The notes under the pieces are model-generated. The model did not search any database. It had not been told where the DNA came from and was given only the letters and a program-made list of their open reading frames with translations. A stretch of 64,000 nucleotides of DNA, taken from NCBI GenBank assembly GCA_002633005.1, contig NMRA01000089.1:669895-733894 (forward strand). Reading direction: 5' to 3'. Positions 36,122 through 50,288 of this stretch are shown piece after piece. Position numbers and translations under genes: made by a program. Positions within the stretch are counted from its first letter, which is position 1, and the number at the start of each line of letters is the position of its first letter. Source of the stretch: Phoronis australis. Taxonomy: Eukaryota; Animalia; Phoronida.

Positions 36122-38117
36122 AGCAAGTAAAAGTTAACTGTATCGTAATTTAGGTTATGTAGGACCTTTGAAAAATGTCCGAATATGGCCAAATTCAGAA
36201 CGTCATATCTCAGAAAGGAGTTATTGGATTTATGTGAAATTTTCAGATACCGTGCTTTATGCACTGTGCCCCGAAAGTCTATCGGGAATTGTTTTTAAAA
36301 TCCACTTTTGTATTGGGGGAATTAAAAAATTTGTACTTAATATATGGTTTTTGTGAAAAAATCAATTTGTAGAAAACAAAATGATAATTTGGAAAACTGT
36401 AACAGAGTTTTTGAGATGTTACCTTGAACATCTGAAACAAAATTTTGTCATGCTATTACCATTGTTTTTGTTATCGATGTAGCTTCCTGTTTTACTTCAT
36501 GGTTATAAATAGACATGGTCTGGTGACCCAGATAATGTCAGATTGATAGAAAGTCAAAAATAAAAATTGTACAGGGTTTCTATTTTCTACTTTCAGAAAA
36601 TTTATACTCTTACCGGGTTAAAGTCTACAACTTTGTTGTTATTTGGCTAAATGCGGAGACTTGGTGATAAAGTCCTACATAATCTCAAGTATAAAAAGGT
36701 TCATGTGACCTGAGACCATTTGCGACACAGGCATGCTTTGACTTAGAAGGTCATCTGCACTGATTATATGGTTATGATTCATGGAGATCCTAGGTTAAGG
36801 GGTTCTTCATGGTTAAAATCTTCCAAACTACAGGTTTTCTGGTAATGAAGCAAGCTTGCCTACTTATTAACAATGAACACAGTTTTATTGTATGGCACTT
36901 CACGTTTCTTTCTAAAGGCTAGTAAGTATTTTTCTTACAGTATGCATTTTATTTGAGGTGTGAGGGTAAATACACAAACAACTGTTTCACATGAAAATTT
37001 GCATGACCTTCATGGAGTTCTGCGTGTAAAAAATGAAATGTCTGTATTCAATCTATTTACTATATTAAAATGTTTTTTTTTGCGATATCATGTTTCCACC
37101 AATCTTGTGACTGTCTTCTTTTCAAAAAAGTTGTTAGAGGATAATCTAATAATTGATTAATTAAATTAATCGACAGGTGTTGGGCAAGGCTTCTCTTCTC
37201 TGACCAAAAGAAGCCTATGGTTTACTGGTCTTTTGAAAATGTGCAGAGCATTTAGGTGTTAGTTTTCATAAAAGCCTGGTGATTGAATTTACTTTTACTC
37301 TAGTAGGCCAATTTTTCTGGGAGAACTTAGTCAGTTATGTACATGTTTGCAGTCTTTAAGTAATGTAGTAGTCCATGAGAACACCAGTCATCTAGCGTCA
37401 AGGTGGAGTCAGCCGATTTCCACCAAATTTGACACATGGGGTCTGTAAAGAGTAGTAAAATATTTCCCAAAAATATATTCTGCCAAAGCTATGGGCTGAA
37501 ACCCATTTTATGGCTTCATAGCCCTGTTTTCACGCTGTAAAAAGTGTCTATTTTTAACTATGTATTTTTTCTTTGAATGATAGTTATTGAACTATTATTC
37601 ACTTGGCATTGTTTATTGGTGCCAGTAGATTGTTACACAGATGTCTTGAAACAAGATACTGATTTACCACCCTCATTTAGTAGTTTTACTACACTACCCC
37701 CCCCCCACCCGTACGCTCTTTTGATGTTATGTTTAATCCACTGCTATGCCAAATCTGCCTAAATCTGGCCTAAATATTGGCAAAGCATGTTACTTTCATA
37801 GCATAAAATAAAAACATTGTCAGCCAGTCTATTAGTTATACATACTGACACCTCATATGTACTATAATGAGAAATTTTCGAACATCTGGGATGGCTGCGC
37901 CAGCGCGTATCATGTTCAGTGGCAGGACAAAGATTCATTCCAGATAAATTTAGATTTGTGATGTTTGCGCAGCAGTTGCGTGCAAACAAAGCTTGCAACA
38001 ACACACGTCTAGTTCCCTACACAGCTGTGCTGACATAATAATGCCACCACTGAACTAATCAGACCAGCCAGAGCATTTGCAGGTTCAGCCACTGAACTGA
38101 TTCCTACCTTTGAATTT

Positions 38118-38521
38118 TTACAATGCTACATCCATGACAATCTCAAAATGTAGATTGCCTCTTTCCAATACACCCTCCACTTCCTCCGTCACATCTCCTA
38201 CATCCAACTGTCCCAGTTTCCCACATTTGCCGAGAGTGGCCAATCTAAAAAAGTAACTTTGGACCTGTTGTGGTGTAAGCCATTGATCTTTGGCAAATCC
38301 TTTTTTCCCCGACTCGTTCCTGAAGTTACGAATTCTCTTTGACACATCTTGTTGATGTTCTTTTGGCCTGCCTCTTGCATTCTCACAAACTCATGCAGAA
38401 GGAATTTTTTCAATGGTTCAGGATACCTTCTTACTGGTTTTGAACTTTTCCTTACCCAACATTTACTAATAATCGGCAGGTCTTCAACTTCAGCAGAAGC
38501 CACTTCTTCATCATAAGCCAT
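38118..38521 (-). pseudogene. C-terminal fragment of a DNA-transposon transposase (possibly Sola3-like)
   Basis: Frameshifted ...RNESGKKGF..QWLTPQQVQSYFFRL motif; family assignment is from memory. Confidence 0.4.
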
Positions 38522-39285
38522 TTCTGATTCCTAAAATTGTGCAGTCCTGTTGCAGTCCTACACGCATAACAAAACACTTGGTATGGCATTCATTTTTATC
38601 AGCTATCCCCCTCTGCATTCGTGTTGTCATTTTGTAACAATCTGAATACACTGCATACACTCCGTGACATTTGAATTAAGGTATGACTAAGGAATAAGGC
38701 CTGGGTTATAAGCAATCACTGTGCGTCTATGTGTGTATGTATGCAAGTATAAAGGAATGACGTGCTCCTAAAGATATTCCTCAGGATCAGACCCTGGAGT
38801 TTGGTGATTGATTCTTTCTGAGCCCACTGGAAGCATGCTGACTAACCTTGATTTTACGCCTTTGGTCAATTCATTTTTCAGACATGTGTCACGTTTCCCC
38901 TTTCAGTGAACGCACACAATGTGTTTGGCAACACCAGTATATGCCGAGGCTTATCGATGATTCGGGCAGATAACTGAATCTAGCTCCTGCTGCACTCCAG
39001 CCTCTAAGGCAGACAAACCTCGTCTTGAGAAAATAAATTCCACCTCCTTCACATCACCTCCCCTCACTTTTATGGTTCTCAAATGTTTCTCTATGTGCAT
39101 TTCTCTTTAGTTTCCAAAGATGTGTCTTTGGGCAATTTGAAAAAATGCCGCAGTTTATGTGACCGGCATGGCCAGATAAATTCGCAAACCTGCGTTTGAG
39201 ATCAGCTATCATTCAACTAATGCATTGTTGCTTTAGTTTGGTATTCAGTGAGTTGGATGAACAAATCTAGTTGAATTTTATGTTT

Positions 39286-40218
39286 TTACGGGAACTCCTT
39301 ATCATCATCTACCCCCTCATTGGGGGTATTAGAGTTGTTATTGGTGCGCCGGGATTTGGCAAAAGCAGGTCTGTCACTCTCGGGAAGGAATCTGCAATCG
39401 AGTAATGAGTGTGGTGTATGGGTGACCAGCTGTCTTACAAAGCACGTATAAGAGACAAATTTTCTACGAGGTTCGTCATGGAAACTACAATTGCCGACAT
39501 GCATGGCACAGGAGTTTTTGATGGAATGCAATTCATACAGAAGAGAGGAGAGCGCTTGGGAAATTTTCGGTTTCAACGAGGCTAGGGTTTTATTATCCGA
39601 ATCATAGTACTGCTCCACTAACTGGGGTAGGCCCGGATGGATCAACTGCAGCCATAAACAGAATATCATGTTCTTCATTGTTGGGCAAATGTCTTCGTCT
39701 TGGGTCACAATTTCTCTGTAATGGGATAGGCCACAACCTACTGTAAGGAGACTGTCCACAACGAAGGCGGACAAGCGTTGATAAAGATCTTCAGGTCTTT
39801 CGTCCGGTTGGAGCACAATCATTGACTTGTCAAGGAAGTGGGAAGTTGTGGCCGAGCAGCCAAAGTGCTGGCATATTTTTTGCCAAATGTTGACAGTTGT
39901 GTAGACTAGCAGACAATAGAATTTCTACTGATAACAGGCAGTAGTTTGCATTATGTCTCAACATGAGCTCGAGATGGGCGTTCTTTTGGATTGCTGTGAG
40001 GTGAGACGCTGCTGGGGTTGGGTCCGCATCATCAGCTAGGCCTCTAAGTGGCGAGGTTGAAGTTTTCTTGGGCCACTTGGAAGTTTTCGTCGATGAAGCA
40101 TGCAAAGTTTTTGTCTAAGCTGAACACATACGTCAAATTTTGCTGCCAGTTCTCAAAACTTGTGGTAGTCTCAAATTTTGTCAGAGACCACTGCTTTGGG
40201 GCACGGGACAGAGCCATA
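39286..40218 (-). pseudogene. Gypsy-type LTR retrotransposon gag/polyprotein N-terminus, frameshifted
   Basis: [60 protein letters not shown] spread over three frames. Confidence 0.7.
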
Positions 40219-41941
40219 ATATATTGTATGTACACAAGAATGTCACGAGTCTGGTGTTGGAGCAAAACAAAATAGGCTTGGGGGGGCTTTACTCTTTTAT
40301 TGTCAGAATAAGTAGCGGTAGTAGTAGTAGGCGTTGTTGTAGGTAAACTGAAATATAACGAAAAACTATGTTCAAGTTTACACGTTGCATAATGCTCTAC
40401 CATGTAACAATTTCTCCGGACAACATCCAAGAAAATGACGACGGGCAAAAGGCATACATTAATAGCAAGCGTTGGAAATGTTAAATACACACATGGAAAA
40501 CTAATATGCTAATGAATGCAAATATACTGGTTTATATCAAGAAACATGAGCACTTACGCCGATATCGCCCCAAGTCCAACCAAATTCGTAGTAAATAACT
40601 ATGTAGAGTACACATTTCTCCACCATAAACGTTTGTGGAATGGCATTCGAAAAAGGGCGGCACGAGAATAAATAGTTAGGGAAAGCAACATCTGGCGCAA
40701 GAACTTCACAGTAGCAAGTCTATTTACATGGCGGGAAACGCACGTATTCGTACGCGTAGATCGGAATAACATAATATAACATGGCAGTCTGCAGTAACAT
40801 CTGGAACGAACGAGTTTGGAGTAAACGTCAAGCGGGTAATGTTGGCAAGTTGCTTCCTGTAAACGAGAATCCTGTGGGTTGAAGTAAAATGTCAGAAATA
40901 TATGAGTTTCAAACTTGTTGAGTTTTGGGTGTCAGTGTGTCTACACGGACCATATTTGTTTGAGTCTGTCGGCATGAGAACAACCACTGCCAGCACACCA
41001 ATAAGGAAAACAAAGAGTCCAAAGTGAAGATATATTCAAAACACGTAACAATAGAATACAGCGAGGGACTGGAAGGAAGTCTAAAGTAAAAGAAACCATT
41101 ACTCGAATACTAGATTCCAAACATGCTGGCGATACAAACAACCACGAACCATTACTGGTTTAATACTACAAATACACAAATGCTGGGATTGAAAAAAAGT
41201 GAAATTCAGACATCTTTTTCCAAGAGTGCATGAACGGCTGACAATGTTTTTTTTTTGTATTTCTTTCAAGGGCATTGAGTCTTCTACATGTCCGTGCTAT
41301 TATTTTCAGTTTTCCTTTGCGGGCAGCTTAGATACAAGGGTATAACGTACTTCTGTTTTTTTCACAAGCATGAAATATACCTCCGCTGAAACAGTTCCAA
41401 GTGTTACCATGGTAACTGGTATTTTAGTGCGTTTTTTCTTTCATAGGTCATGAATCTATCATGATATCAAAATTATTCAGAAAAGATTCAGCTTAAAGCA
41501 GAAACTGCAGTAGAAAATTACTCATTCTGTGTCAAGAAAGTGCCTCATTTTGCCCCCCAGAACACTACCCTGTCTCCAAAACCACCTAACTCTCACTTCA
41601 CCCAATTTCTCTCATCCTAGTGTGGTTCATTATACTAAACATGGTTCTGAATGGCAGACCCCTCACCTTGCCGCTTGTTGTCTGTACTGTGGTTGGTAGA
41701 TCCATGGACTGATACTTAAAAAGCAAGGATGTATTGTTATGACACTAGTAGTATTTGGAAGGCTTTATTTTGTACCTGTGCACATGGTAAATAGGTTAGA
41801 AAGGGAAAGTAGACTGCTGCATTGTAATGTTAATTACTCTAACTGGTATTCAGATGACAACCAAAACTACGACCTTTCGGAAAATTGTCATGGATACAAA
41901 GTTTGTCGAGTTAGAGAAATGACTTGTCGTTTGTTTTCAAC

Positions 41942-42245
41942 CTGGGCCGAGTTGCATAAAACTTTAAACCTGATAAAGGGTTGGGTTGCATAAAACTTCA
42001 AAATTATCTGCTGGATAAGTTTGATTCTTGCATGACATCAGGTGCATTGTTCAACAATAACAACGTGACGCGTGATAATGCGCCGTCATTGTTGCTATAC
42101 GGCGTACAACTTTTATGCAACTGGGACCATCTGGACCATAATTTTGATTGTTGCTGAATGTCAAATGCTTTGTTCAATAATAGCAACGTGATGTGCGATA
42201 ATGCCACGTCATTGTTGCTATCCAGCACAGAATTTTGATGCAGCA
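41942..42245. mobile_element. MITE family E copy plus a degenerate second unit
   Basis: Shares catgacrtcaggtgcattgttcaacaata with the 27.1 kb copy. Confidence 0.6.
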
Positions 42246-43099
42246 GGACTCTCATGAGTTTTAAGTAGACTTTTTTAGTGGAAACTATTTGAAATGGCAT
42301 CCATGTGACCATTGATGGTTTTAGTATTTCCTGTCCAGGGACATCGCAATTGACTCTTGNTGAAGAAGAGTGAGAAACAGTACAAGATCAGTAAAGGTGA
42401 CTCCAAGCACATTTAATGCGTGTTTCAGGCTGTACCGGTTCCGTGTAATTCAAACTTCTCTCATTCAGTCCAAAGTCACGATTGTATAAATAATGAAACA
42501 ACTTCATGCAACACGTATATTTTACATTTTCAATAAAATCTGGCTTAAATGTAAGCAAATTAGTGTTTGTTGGCAGCCGTCTTTCTCGAAACACAATTGA
42601 CATTCTCCCTCTGTCAGTCATTGGTTGGATTGCAGCGTCGCCTCTGGCTGAAAAGTCTGATTTTGGAGGGACAGGTTCTGTTACAATTGTCACAGGTGTA
42701 TACTTGGTCCAGATCAGTAAGAGCAGAGCCTGACTCGGACCTCTGTCACCTGTTTTCTCGAAGTAGTGCCTGTTTCTTTTCTTTGCTCACTGATTTTGAT
42801 GCACGACTTAACAATCGACCTCCACCTGCTGCGATTGTCTTAAATGTGAGCAAATCAGTGCGAGATGTAGCCATTAACATGCTTCTTTCTGGCTCAGTTC
42901 TATGCACACAGATCCCTACTGTATGTTCTACTCTCATTAGATTTAAGCACATAATTCTATAAAATGTGTTTTCATAATTGTATGCCCCTGACCTTGACAC
43001 GTGTCTTTTTGTCTCCTGTGAACAGGTTAAAATGACAACATGCTGGACTATTTTCAAATTTCCCCGTGATTCCCAGTTGCTGTCGTTTCTAAAGAAAAC

Positions 43100-45620
43100 T
43101 AGTCTTTGTCATGTTCTTCAACATCAAAATTCACACAGTTCCAGTGATACCAGATGAAACAAACACTTCATTGCACACTATTTTCGCCATTATATGATAC
43201 GTCTTTGGCGTGTTGGCACTCCTTTGAGCTATCACTGTAAAAGTAGACTGGCAGTGGGACGGGTTTTTTTCAGCTGTAATATGGATATCGTTGGCAACTC
43301 TTTGGAGATCACATGGTAAAAAAATCTTGTATGAATGCTGAGTGAAAGTAGCTGAATGTATGCCTTTCTTTGCTTATAATCTGGTCAGAGTTTGTCTCTT
43401 TATTTTGTATTTTACTGCAGCAAATTCAGTAGGAAATCTATTGAATGCTAATGACGATTGCAGGCAATAATTCTAGCCCACTGATCCTACTCCCCAATCC
43501 CTTGATATGAAGTTAATAGCACTTAATACATTACAGAAATTCAAACCTTTTACCGTCAAGTGACACTTTAAGTCGACTAACACTGAGCTCTAGCTTGCAC
43601 ACCACTGGGAGTTTAAACAAACATTTCTACACAACCATTTATTGCAGTTAGGTAGCGATACAGTTCTTTTACGTGAAGGGGCAACACAACAAAAATGTGA
43701 TCATGGTCAGACCACTGAATCATAAAATCAAGTTTTACAAATACGGTGTCAGTCCATTTCTAAAAATTGTCAATAAGTGTAGATGGAGCCATTCCTACTT
43801 GGTAAGCTAAATCTTCAAAGTTCGGGTCTTGATTTAACATCACAAGAATGAAGAAAACTGGTCAATCGAGGGGACTATGGGAGCTGTCTGTATAGGGAGT
43901 GATTGTACAAGAGAAGCGAATACGGTGATGAACACCTTTCACTTCAGTTCAGTGTAGAAGTGACATCGTACATTATCCTTGCGAACTGCGTTGGCACTCA
44001 GCCGAGTGGAACTGGGCTGTGCACGATGCAGGTCACCCTGGTGAAGGGCATTGACTCTCTCACTTCTCAGGACTACCATCTGCATATTCACTGAGGATGC
44101 AGGCAAGATGTCAGTTTCCTCCAGATTTCTCCTCAGGTTCCTTGTCAGGTTTCTGTAGTTCTAAGATTAGTGGTCTGTTGGTTTCACATCTTCTTCACCT
44201 GGCGATTCTTTGGGTAGCTTGTTAGGTGACAATTCTGTGAGAGCAACAGAAGCTTGTCTTCTCTCAGCATTCTCATACCTGGATATAACAAACTTCATCA
44301 AATATTGTAAAACAACAAAGGGAATATGAGACTTTCACAAAGCAATGCTGACTGGTCACATGAAACCCTAGACTACTATTGACAATCAATTATTGCAGTT
44401 ACGCAGATATACAACTCTTTAATGTGAAGGGGCAGCACAGTGAAAATATGATCATAGTCTGACCACTGAATCATAAACTCCAGTTTGACAAAGATAATGT
44501 CAATCCAGTTCCAAAAATGACCAATAAAAGTAGATGGAGCTATTCCTTGTTGGTAGGCTAAATACTAAGTTTGGTTGTGTTTTAACTTCACAAGAGTGAA
44601 GAAAACTGGTCAATCAAGGGGATTATAGGAACTGTCTGTATAAGGGGTTTGTACAAGAGAAGTGAATACAATGATTAACACTTTCCAATGGAACCATTTC
44701 CTGTTCTTAAAATTAAGTTCCAATGCAATAGTCTCAATAACATTGCTGTCGAGGTACGGTCGAGGAAGGACAGGAAGGAAGTAAATAAAACATACATATC
44801 TCTGTATCACCAGCATATCATTGAGTATCAGTTCCCCGAAAGATGATAGTTTGCTTGTAGACGACCAGTTCTTAGATAGCACGTACAAAGTAGCACAGTG
44901 AATGCCCAGTAGGTCATGTTTACCAGGCGAGAGGATGTGTGAGAAACTGAGAAACGTTGTTGGAACCAGTTTAGTGAGCGTCTCCATATTGGATTTCACA
45001 GACGGGCTTTCTATGTGATGAGAAAGTTAGTTTTTAGCTTAAAATACACAGATCTAGTTATAAGATCTATTGAGTGTATTATTCACCTCTGCTGTCGTAA
45101 TTGATTGCCTATCTCGAGTTGAGACAGCCGTAGAAGTGGACTTTTATAGCCAGAACAGGAACTCAACCCTTGATCATGTCAGTGGTCATGTTCCTGGTCT
45201 CATTCTCTGCACTAGCATCACTATTGGTATCACTTCTGGAACTTTAGCTGATCTGACATTAATATCGGCTAAGTTGCATTTTGAAGTTGATGTATTTTCA
45301 CTCACAACATCCGTAGTATTCGATGTAGTAATTGGGGTATTGGCAACTCCCAACTAGACCTCAAGAATGGAGAATCTTTATTTAACGTCGTTCAAAAGAA
45401 ACAGGTTAACATTAGCCAATTGGTCTATTTTTACGACATTAAATTTAACCTCCGTTGATATTTCAGATTCATTACTGGCTCTGCTCTGCCCACACTTCCT
45501 ATGTAAACCAAGATATTTATTGACTTTTGTGAACTTTTCCACACTCTTAAGGCATTGTACAGTGTGAAAAACTGATCAACATTCACAAAAAGAACACCCA
45601 GAAGGAAGTTCGAAATCGAA
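43100..45620 (-). mobile_element. Decayed LINE (CR1/L2-like) fragments with PHD-like and APE endonuclease remnants
   Basis: STLIDNF...WSDHDHIF at about 43690-43800, with a second copy at 44390-44690; WYH..CV at about 43150. Confidence 0.45.
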
Positions 45621-45846
45621 ACTGGTTTGGAAATCGCTAGGCAACAGCAGATGACATAGGTTGTAACATTATGTAATTATGTTGGCCAATCAGAAGCGAG
45701 AATGTTATAGTTATTTTTGATGGCCAATCACATGCTTTGAATGTTGTTGCTTTCATTGTAAAATATCGCTAAGAGTAAACGAGGAATCCTAATTTGGGTT
45801 ATGTCATTGAATAGAAGAGTTCATGACATTTACAATGAGGTATAAC

Positions 45847-46450
45847 ATGCAAAGTAACTCCAATCAGCTCAGACACCAAAGTCAGCGTGGTGATAGAGAA
45901 GGTTTGTGAAGTTGAGCTTATTTTTAAATTGCGAGCCACCATCATCTGACCAATAATGGATCGTTTTCAGAGGTCATGGTAACTGCTGCATTATGTCATC
46001 AATCAGCTGAGCATTGAACACGTGCACAATAACTTTGTCTTGATTCAGACTGTCTGATATGAAGGTGTATTATGTATGCTCAAGATCACTACTAGGGTCA
46101 CGTCAAAAGTAAACTATTGCGGTAAATAGGGTATTAACCTGATCTGCATTCCAGTATGTAGATGTTATTTCTCCTTGATGACAAATGGCAAAGTTCACTG
46201 CAACATCCTCATACACCATGACATCACCAGGCTGCAGTATTTCTTTCAAGTGGCGAATTTCTCTGTGTTGCTGTTTCGCATCATAGCTGTGACGAGCAAG
46301 TGGGTGGACCTGATCTAGAAAGACATCCTTTGCATCACCAACAGTGGATTTCATCAAGACTTTGTCAACTTTACCACCAGTGGTCGACCACTGGTAGTAA
46401 CACAACTGCTCCCGTAGGACAAGGTCAACAAAGTAATACTCCAACATCTC
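45847..46450 (-). pseudogene. Sola-like (Sola2-type) DNA transposase remnant
   Basis: EDVAVNF..CHQGEITSTYW, FISDSLNQD, HYWSDDGGSQFKNK, DWSYFA, with stops and frameshifts. Confidence 0.6.
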
Positions 46451-47924
46451 TATTCCACAAAATTCACACTATTAAGATATACGCACCTTGTACATGATCT
46501 GCCTGCTGGGGAAGTCTAGTATTTTCGGTCAGTTCTCTTGCCAGTAGTTCCACATTTCCGTGGCACTTAATATACAATCTTGTTGATCTCTTTCACCTAA
46601 CAGAGACAAATTTTCTGGTAGAAGGTTGGCAGACTTTGTCTGATTTTCATGTACGGATATTCCAGGCATAGAAGGTAATGAACTTCTGCAAGATTTAACA
46701 TTAAGTTGCGTTTCTGAACGAGTTGTTGTTCACCTTCCACTCTCATTCTTTTGATAAAATCTCTCGTGGATGGTGAGTTGCGTGAGATAACATCTTGGTA
46801 AAACGCTGTGACAAGTTTAACTTCTTGGCTGAAGAATGTCTCGCTCTATGTTTCATGTTCAGGAAGAACCAGCTTTCTGATGCTTACTTCTTGGATGTTG
46901 TCAAGAAGCCAACTTAAGGCATGGCCAGTAGCCTTAGATTTTCTACTTGGCGATGTTGTAAAGCTTCTTCAGTTTCGTTCCACAGCCTTTTTTAACTGTT
47001 AAGGTTAGAGAATGGACCTTAAAAAGATGAGATTTGTAAGTTATGTTTCAAGAATAAATTGTGACCAGCTGTTACCCGTGCTTTCACAATGGTAACAGAT
47101 ATTGTATGAGAAATGCCAGCGGGGAAACAAGAGAATGGAATATTTCTTGAAGTGATCGTTTATTTTAAGACTTCGTCTTCCGCAGCGGCTCACAATTGCC
47201 ATCGCGTCCTGGTAACTTTGTTACATGGCTCGAGGAGATCCTTGAAACGATGATGGAAGGATCATAATTTTTCCAGGTTGCAAGTCCCGTTATTCAGCAG
47301 CTGAGTCAATGTGATCCATCAGTCCACTGTATTTCTCTGCATTCAGTTGGCCTTGGTTTTTGCGAATGTCGTCTAGGCAAATGGTTTCAAATCATACATA
47401 GGAATCTACAATAAACTGTTGGAACAGCGTGCCACCTCAAAACAAAGGACTGATGTTTTGGTGAATGGATAATCTGTAAGCATAGTACTGGAGGCAAGTG
47501 ACGTTTCCTGGTCTTGAGCAGTTTTGTGAACTGTGACGCAAGTGCATATCCCAATGCATTTCACTGTGTAGGAAGAATACCGTATATACCATAGGGTCAG
47601 TGTTGCACGACAGATAATGAATCTTGTGTGGCGAGTCATGTCAGAATCTGGTAGGGACCTACTAATCGATTAATTGGAAGCTGTAGTTCAACTAATTGCA
47701 GCGCCCCCTATGTTACTTTTTCACTTACTCTTATAAATACTGGATATAGGAGGCGCTGAACCATGTTAATGTAAAGAAAGATGAAATGGTGACTTCATTC
47801 ACAGGTAAATGATATTTAAGATGCCAGTGTTAAGTTTTCAGCAAATTCATATATTTCAAGCTACCTCTACGCCACATACAGATAAGGACGTCAGATAGAG
47901 GTTCTCAACTTTAGAGACACGAGA

Positions 47925-49685
47925 AACGCATTTAAGCTAATTCAACTATACGTGCTAATAACCGCGCACTCTGGGGGCTGGTTCGTAATTTATATGACGT
48001 CAGCAACCGACTCACAACTTGAGAAACACGGTTAGGTAGATCAAGTAGAAAACGCAATTCAACTAATTCAAATACTCCTATTAATGGCTGCGCCACCTGT
48101 GGGCAGGTAGATAACGTACATGACGTCATCATCAGGATCACAATTTTAGAGACTCCAAACACGCATTTCAACTAATTCAACTATTCCATTAATCAATATG
48201 CCACCTGAAGACAGACATATAACGCCACCTACGGGGATGACCCACTAAATAACGGGTAGATAAAATTAGGTAGATCAAGTAGAGCAGGTAGATATAGTTC
48301 ATGACATAATCAATGGGGTCACCATTTTAGAGACTCCACACACGCATTTCAACTAATTCAACTATTCCAACTTATCGCTGCGCCACCTACAGGAAAAGAC
48401 TGATAACAATCATGACATCAGCAAAAGGCTCACAACTTAAAGAGACACAGAACAGGCATTTCAAGTAATTCAACTATTTCCACTAATCACTGCGCCACCT
48501 GCAGGGACAGAGAACGTACATGACATCATCAACTGGCTCACAAGTTTAGAAACTCCAAACACGCATTTCAACTAATTCAACTATTCCCACTAATCGCTAC
48601 GCTACCTGCATGCACACCTGATATCAAACATGAAGTCAGCAACAGGCCCACAACTTGAGAGACAGAGAACACACATTTCAACTAATTCAATTATTCCCAC
48701 TAATCACTGAGCCATCTACAGGAGACTACTGATAACAATCATGACATCAGCAAAAGGCTCACAACCTAAGAGATGCAGAACATGCATTTCAACTAATTCA
48801 ACTATTCCCACTAATTGTTGCGCCACCTGCAGGCAAGTCAGTGACTCTAGCAGGTACATAAAGTTCATGACATAATCAATGGGGTCACCATTTTAGAGAC
48901 TCCACACACGCATTTCAACTAATTCAACTATTCCTACTAATCGCTGCGCCACCTGCAGGAAAAGACTGATAACAATCATGACATCAGCAAAAGGCTCACA
49001 GCTTGAGAAACACAGAACCCACATTTCAACTAATTCAACTGTTCCCACTAATCGCTATGCCACCTGCAGGCAGACAGATAAAGCACATGGCGCTAGAAAA
49101 AGGCTCACCAAGCTCACAACTTGACAGACTCAGATCAGGCATTTCAACTTAATTCAACTATTCCCACTAATCGCTGCGCCACCTACAGGAACAGACTGAT
49201 AACAATCATGACATCAGCAAAAGGCTCTCAACTTGACAGACACAGAACATGCATTTCAACTAATTCAACTATTCCCACTAATTGTTGCGCCACCTGCAGG
49301 CAAGTCAGTCACTCGGGTTTTTCTGTCTCACATTGCCAGTTATACTTTAGATGGCGCTACAATTGGTTGAATTAGTTGAATTGGTTGAATAGCTCAGTGC
49401 TGGATAGGTTGAGCTGACTTGGGATTAGTTGGATTCAACTAATTCAACGATTCCTACTAATCAGTGCGTCACCTGTGGACAGGGAGCTAACTTACATGAT
49501 GTCATCCACAAGCTCAATGTTAGAGACACCAGTCACGCATTTCAACTAATTCAACTATTCCCAATAATCGCTGCGCCACCTGCAGGGGCAGTTTAATAAC
49601 AAACATGATGTCAGCAACAGGCTTGCATCAGTGGTGATGACAGGATAAGTTGAGATAAGTTGGGAATAGTTGGGTACAACTAAAC
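47925..49685 (+). repeat. Tandem array of ~110-125-bp units (about 14 units)
   Basis: Conserved core gcatttcaactaattcaactattcccactaatcgctgcgccacctgcagg with two or three subtypes of variable half. Confidence 0.9.
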
Positions 49686-50288
49686 ATTCTGACATGTATT
49701 TGTGTGGCGGCTGATTTCTTGTGTGGACGACATTAAGTAGATGTAAAGATCATAGCTACCTCATCGGTTGTCGGCCCATTTACCACTTTTGGTCGCTACT
49801 TCTTAAGATGTGCATAGTAACAATATTAACACTACCAGTTTGCTGCCCTCACCTGATCTCTTCTTTCTCAACTGCACGTATCTGGTTGTAGGCTGCAGCA
49901 TAAGGATTTATGTGAAAGCAAATTGCTGAGGGATGTGATTGTGTCTTCTCAGCAATTCTGATTTTCCTTCTGCTGAAGCCGTACATCTGTGGCTTGGGAA
50001 CCTTCCTTGATATACAGCTGGCTGTAGGATAGACTAACGCCATCTGGGTGCCCCCCTCTCCTCTCCAATTCACCCTGTCTTATAACCCCATCCTCAAATC
50101 CACCCTATCTTATATTTCATACGGCTTTACCTCCAAAGTGGCTACAATTTGAATTCTTGCATTATCAGATAGTATTAACAAAATTCAGACACATGTCTAT
50201 AGCCTGATGAGATCAGAAAACTGCCAACCAGAAATGTCACAGTGGAAATGGCTCTACAAAAATCTCTCATTTTGCGCACCCTGCAATA

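Noticed and set aside
47925-49685. CRISPR-like look of a conserved core with variable spacers
   Set aside because: Eukaryotic context, no cas genes, the variable parts are homologous to each other, and the core is degenerate; this is a satellite
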